Shown: piece after piece, positions 47,870 to 49,848 of the stretch | How the letters are laid out: each line of letters opens with the position of its first letter | Numbering within the stretch: position 1 is the first letter of the stretch | Source: Myxococcota bacterium | GTDB lineage: Bacteria > Myxococcota_A > UBA9160 > UBA4427 | Assembly: GCA_036228265.1 (NCBI GenBank) | Contig: JAZAOF010000075.1 | Coordinates: 1 to 49,848, forward strand | Length of the DNA stretch: 49,848 bases | Direction: 5' to 3' | Notes under the pieces: generated by a model | The model's database searches: none | Told to the model about the DNA's origin: nothing | Seen by the model: the letters and a program-made list of their open reading frames with translations, nothing else | Position numbers and translations under genes: made by a program

Positions 47870-48277
47870 ATGAAAACAGTCGAGCAGCGTTCCGGGGTGG
47901 ACGGATCGGGCGGGGACCGGATCTTTCTCGAGGGAATCCAGATACCGGCTGCGTTGGGCGTGACGGCGGCCGAGCGGCGGATGCGTCGACCGGTCATCCT
48001 CGACGTCGAAATTGGTCAAGATCTCCGGGTTGCGGGTCGCAGCGATCAGATCCGTCACACGCTTCAATACGAACGCATCTTCGAAGTTCTCGAGGACGTC
48101 GCAGGAAACCAGGAACACCGCCTGGTCGAAGCGCTGGGGCAGCGAATTGCCGATGCCGTACTCGATAAGTTCGACCCGGAATGGGTGACGGTCTGGGTGC
48201 GCAAGCCGAAGCCCATCGCAGGCGTTCTCGACTACGCCGGCATTCGGATTACGCGGAGGCGAGACGAGGGCCAGTGA
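47870..48277 (+). CDS. folB: Dihydroneopterin aldolase
   Basis: DRIFLEG, GVTAAER, TLQY, LVEAL, VRKP. Confidence 0.88.
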   Translation: MKTVEQRSGVDGSGGDRIFLEGIQIPAALGVTAAERRMRRPVILDVEIGQDLRVAGRSDQIRHTLQYERIFEVLEDVAGNQEHRLVEALGQRIADAVLDKFDPEWVTVWVRKPKPIAGVLDYAGIRITRRRDEGQ

Positions 48278-49257
48278 GCCTCGCCCAGCGCCTCGAGTAC
48301 GGTGCGCTGTGCCTGCTGCGTGAGCCGTTTCGGCGCCTCCCGGTGGCAACGTCGCTTTCGCTGGCTGCGCGCCTGGGCACGTTCTACGCCTCGCTTGGCG
48401 GGGTTCGCCTCGAGTTCGCGCGCATCAACCTCCGCATCGCCTTTCCCGACTGGAGCGAAGCCCGGCGAGAGCGAGTCCTGGCCGAGAGCCTGGCCAATAT
48501 CGGTCGCACGCTGGCCGAGTTGGCGCTGATCCAGGGTCGCCACCGTTCGCAACTGCTCGGCCGCGTTCGCCTCGAGGGGCTCGAGCACCTCGAACGCGCG
48601 CGCCAGCAGTCGGCTACGGGGGGCGTGATGGTGATCTCGGCGCACCTGGGCGACTGGGAGCTATGCGGCATGGCGGCAGCCGGCCAGGGTTTCCCGCTGA
48701 CGGTGGTCCACCGTCCGTTTGCAAACCCCCACGTCGAGGCCATGGTGCAGCGTTGGCGCGAGGGGTCGGGAATGCAGCCGCTGGCGCTTGGTCGCGCCGC
48801 CTCGGGGGCCTTCCGCGCGCTGAAGCGGGGCGAGTACGTGCTGATGTTGCTCGATCAGGACGCCCCGCGAGAAGAAGCGGTGTTCGCGGACTTCTTCGGC
48901 GTCCCGGCGGCGACGCGCTCGGCGCCGGCACGGCTGGCCATGAGGGCCGGCGCATCGGTGCTTCCGGTATCGGCCTTGCGCCAGGGGCGTGGCGCCGACC
49001 ACGTCGTTCGCTTCGAGTCGCCACTCGAGATCCTGGGCGACGACCCCGGTGACCGCGCGCAGCTGCAGGCCAACGTGGCCACCATGAACCGGGCCCTGGA
49101 GGCGCTCGTCCGGGCCGCCCCGGAGCAATGGAGTTGGCTGCACCGGCGTTACCGCACGCGACCCGACCCCGACGAGCCCGGCCCCTACCCCTCTCGCCGC
49201 GGCGTGAGCCGACCACTGATGCCCCTGCCGCCCGGCTCGAACACAGCCCACCAATAA
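48274..49257 (+). CDS. Lipid A lauroyl/lysophospholipid acyltransferase (LpxL/HtrB family)
   Basis: NLRIAFP, SAHLGDWE, LLDQD, FFG.PA, PEQWSWLHRRY. Confidence 0.9.
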   Translation: MSLAQRLEYGALCLLREPFRRLPVATSLSLAARLGTFYASLGGVRLEFARINLRIAFPDWSEARRERVLAESLANIGRTLAELALIQGRHRSQLLGRVRLEGLEHLERARQQSATGGVMVISAHLGDWELCGMAAAGQGFPLTVVHRPFANPHVEAMVQRWREGSGMQPLALGRAASGAFRALKRGEYVLMLLDQDAPREEAVFADFFGVPAATRSAPARLAMRAGASVLPVSALRQGRGADHVVRFESPLEILGDDPGDRAQLQANVATMNRALEALVRAAPEQWSWLHRRYRTRPDPDEPGPYPSRRGVSRPLMPLPPGSNTAHQ

Positions 49258-49312
49258 CATATTTAATTTGTCAAGAATTTGAATTAAATACGTAGTTTAT
49301 TATGATGTTTTA
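49253..49312 (+). promoter_or_regulatory. AT-rich promoter with inverted repeat upstream of sulfur-assimilation genes
   Basis: TATTTAATT-N13-AATTAAATA (49260-49290); TTGAAT-16-TATGAT (49279-49306). Confidence 0.5.
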
Positions 49313-49455
49313 CCTGGATACGCGAAAAGTCCGTTCTTCGGCGGCATGTGCAGCCCGGTGGAGCTGTGAGACACTTCGCCCTCCGGATCGGGACGCGAAC
49401 CGCGCCCGCAGCGACTTCAACGGGATCCCAGGTCCCAGACAAAGGTGACCACGCC

Positions 49456-49749
49456 ATGCTCCAGGTCGTCATTGCGAACCGGCTCCGCGATGGCCTCGTC
49501 GTTTTTCTCGGAAACGGGAAGAAATGGGTCGAGCGCGTCGAGGATTGTGCGCCGGCGGGCGACGACGCAGCGGCGGCCGAGCTTGCGGCCCTCGGCGAGG
49601 CCGCCGAGGCGAACCAGGAAGTGATCGGGGCCGCCTTGATCGAGGTCGAACACCGCGACGGGGTGCTGACCCCGATCAAGATGCGAGAAGCCATCCGGGC
49701 CCAGGGCCCGACGGTCCGCAAGGACCTGGGAAAACAGGCAGGCAACTGA
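49456..49749 (+). CDS. DUF2849-like protein
   Basis: VIANRLRDGLVVFL...REAIRAQGPTV; family usually precedes sulfite reductase. Confidence 0.8.
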   Translation: MLQVVIANRLRDGLVVFLGNGKKWVERVEDCAPAGDDAAAAELAALGEAAEANQEVIGAALIEVEHRDGVLTPIKMREAIRAQGPTVRKDLGKQAGN

Positions 49750-49753
49750 CGCG

Positions 49754-49848
49754 ATGTATCGCTACGACGAATTCGACCGGGCCCTAGTCAACCAACGCGC
49801 CGAACAGTTTGCTCGGCAAGTCGATCGGCGTCTCGCCGGAGAACTCTC
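49754..49848 (+). CDS. Nitrite/sulfite reductase (CysI/Sir-type), 5' fragment
   Basis: MYRYDEFDRALVNQRAEQFARQVDRRLAGEL N-terminus typical of this family; follows DUF2849; runs off window. Confidence 0.75.
   Translation, partial: MYRYDEFDRALVNQRAEQFARQVDRRLAGEL

Overview
GC-rich (about two-thirds GC by eye), gene-dense bacterial chromosome segment. The split F0 operon, leader-bearing AtpE, outer-membrane proteins and sigma54 motifs suggest a Gram-negative deltaproteobacterial/Myxococcota-like organism (inference). Gene order: hemL (3' part), atpZ-atpI-atpB-atpE, a 470-bp structured non-coding gap, tmk, uvrA/surA, epoxide-hydrolase-like enzyme + TetR, mfd, a phosphodiesterase-GT2-GT4 operon, an orphan rplC next to rlmE, VOC protein, autotransporter, Zn-ADH-sppA-hydrolase, ECF sigma/anti-sigma/DUF3106-like trio, thiI, pal, a ThDP enzyme, exonuclease-DinG, a 12.4-kb self-contained type II fatty-acid/lipid operon ending in a 1881-aa single-chain acyl-CoA carboxylase, folB, an LpxL-type acyltransferase, and the start of a DUF2849/sulfite reductase operon. 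No tRNA, rRNA, CRISPR array, transposase or integrase was seen. Best leads: (1) the FAS-II operon with non-canonical ACP/KS motifs, its own PPTase, acyltransferase and multidomain carboxylase, preceded by a sigma54-like promoter; (2) a candidate sigma54-driven multi-hairpin sRNA downstream of atpE; (3) rplC outside the S10 operon, coupled to an rlmE that lacks a canonical start codon. All calls come from motif recognition by eye; no database search was run.
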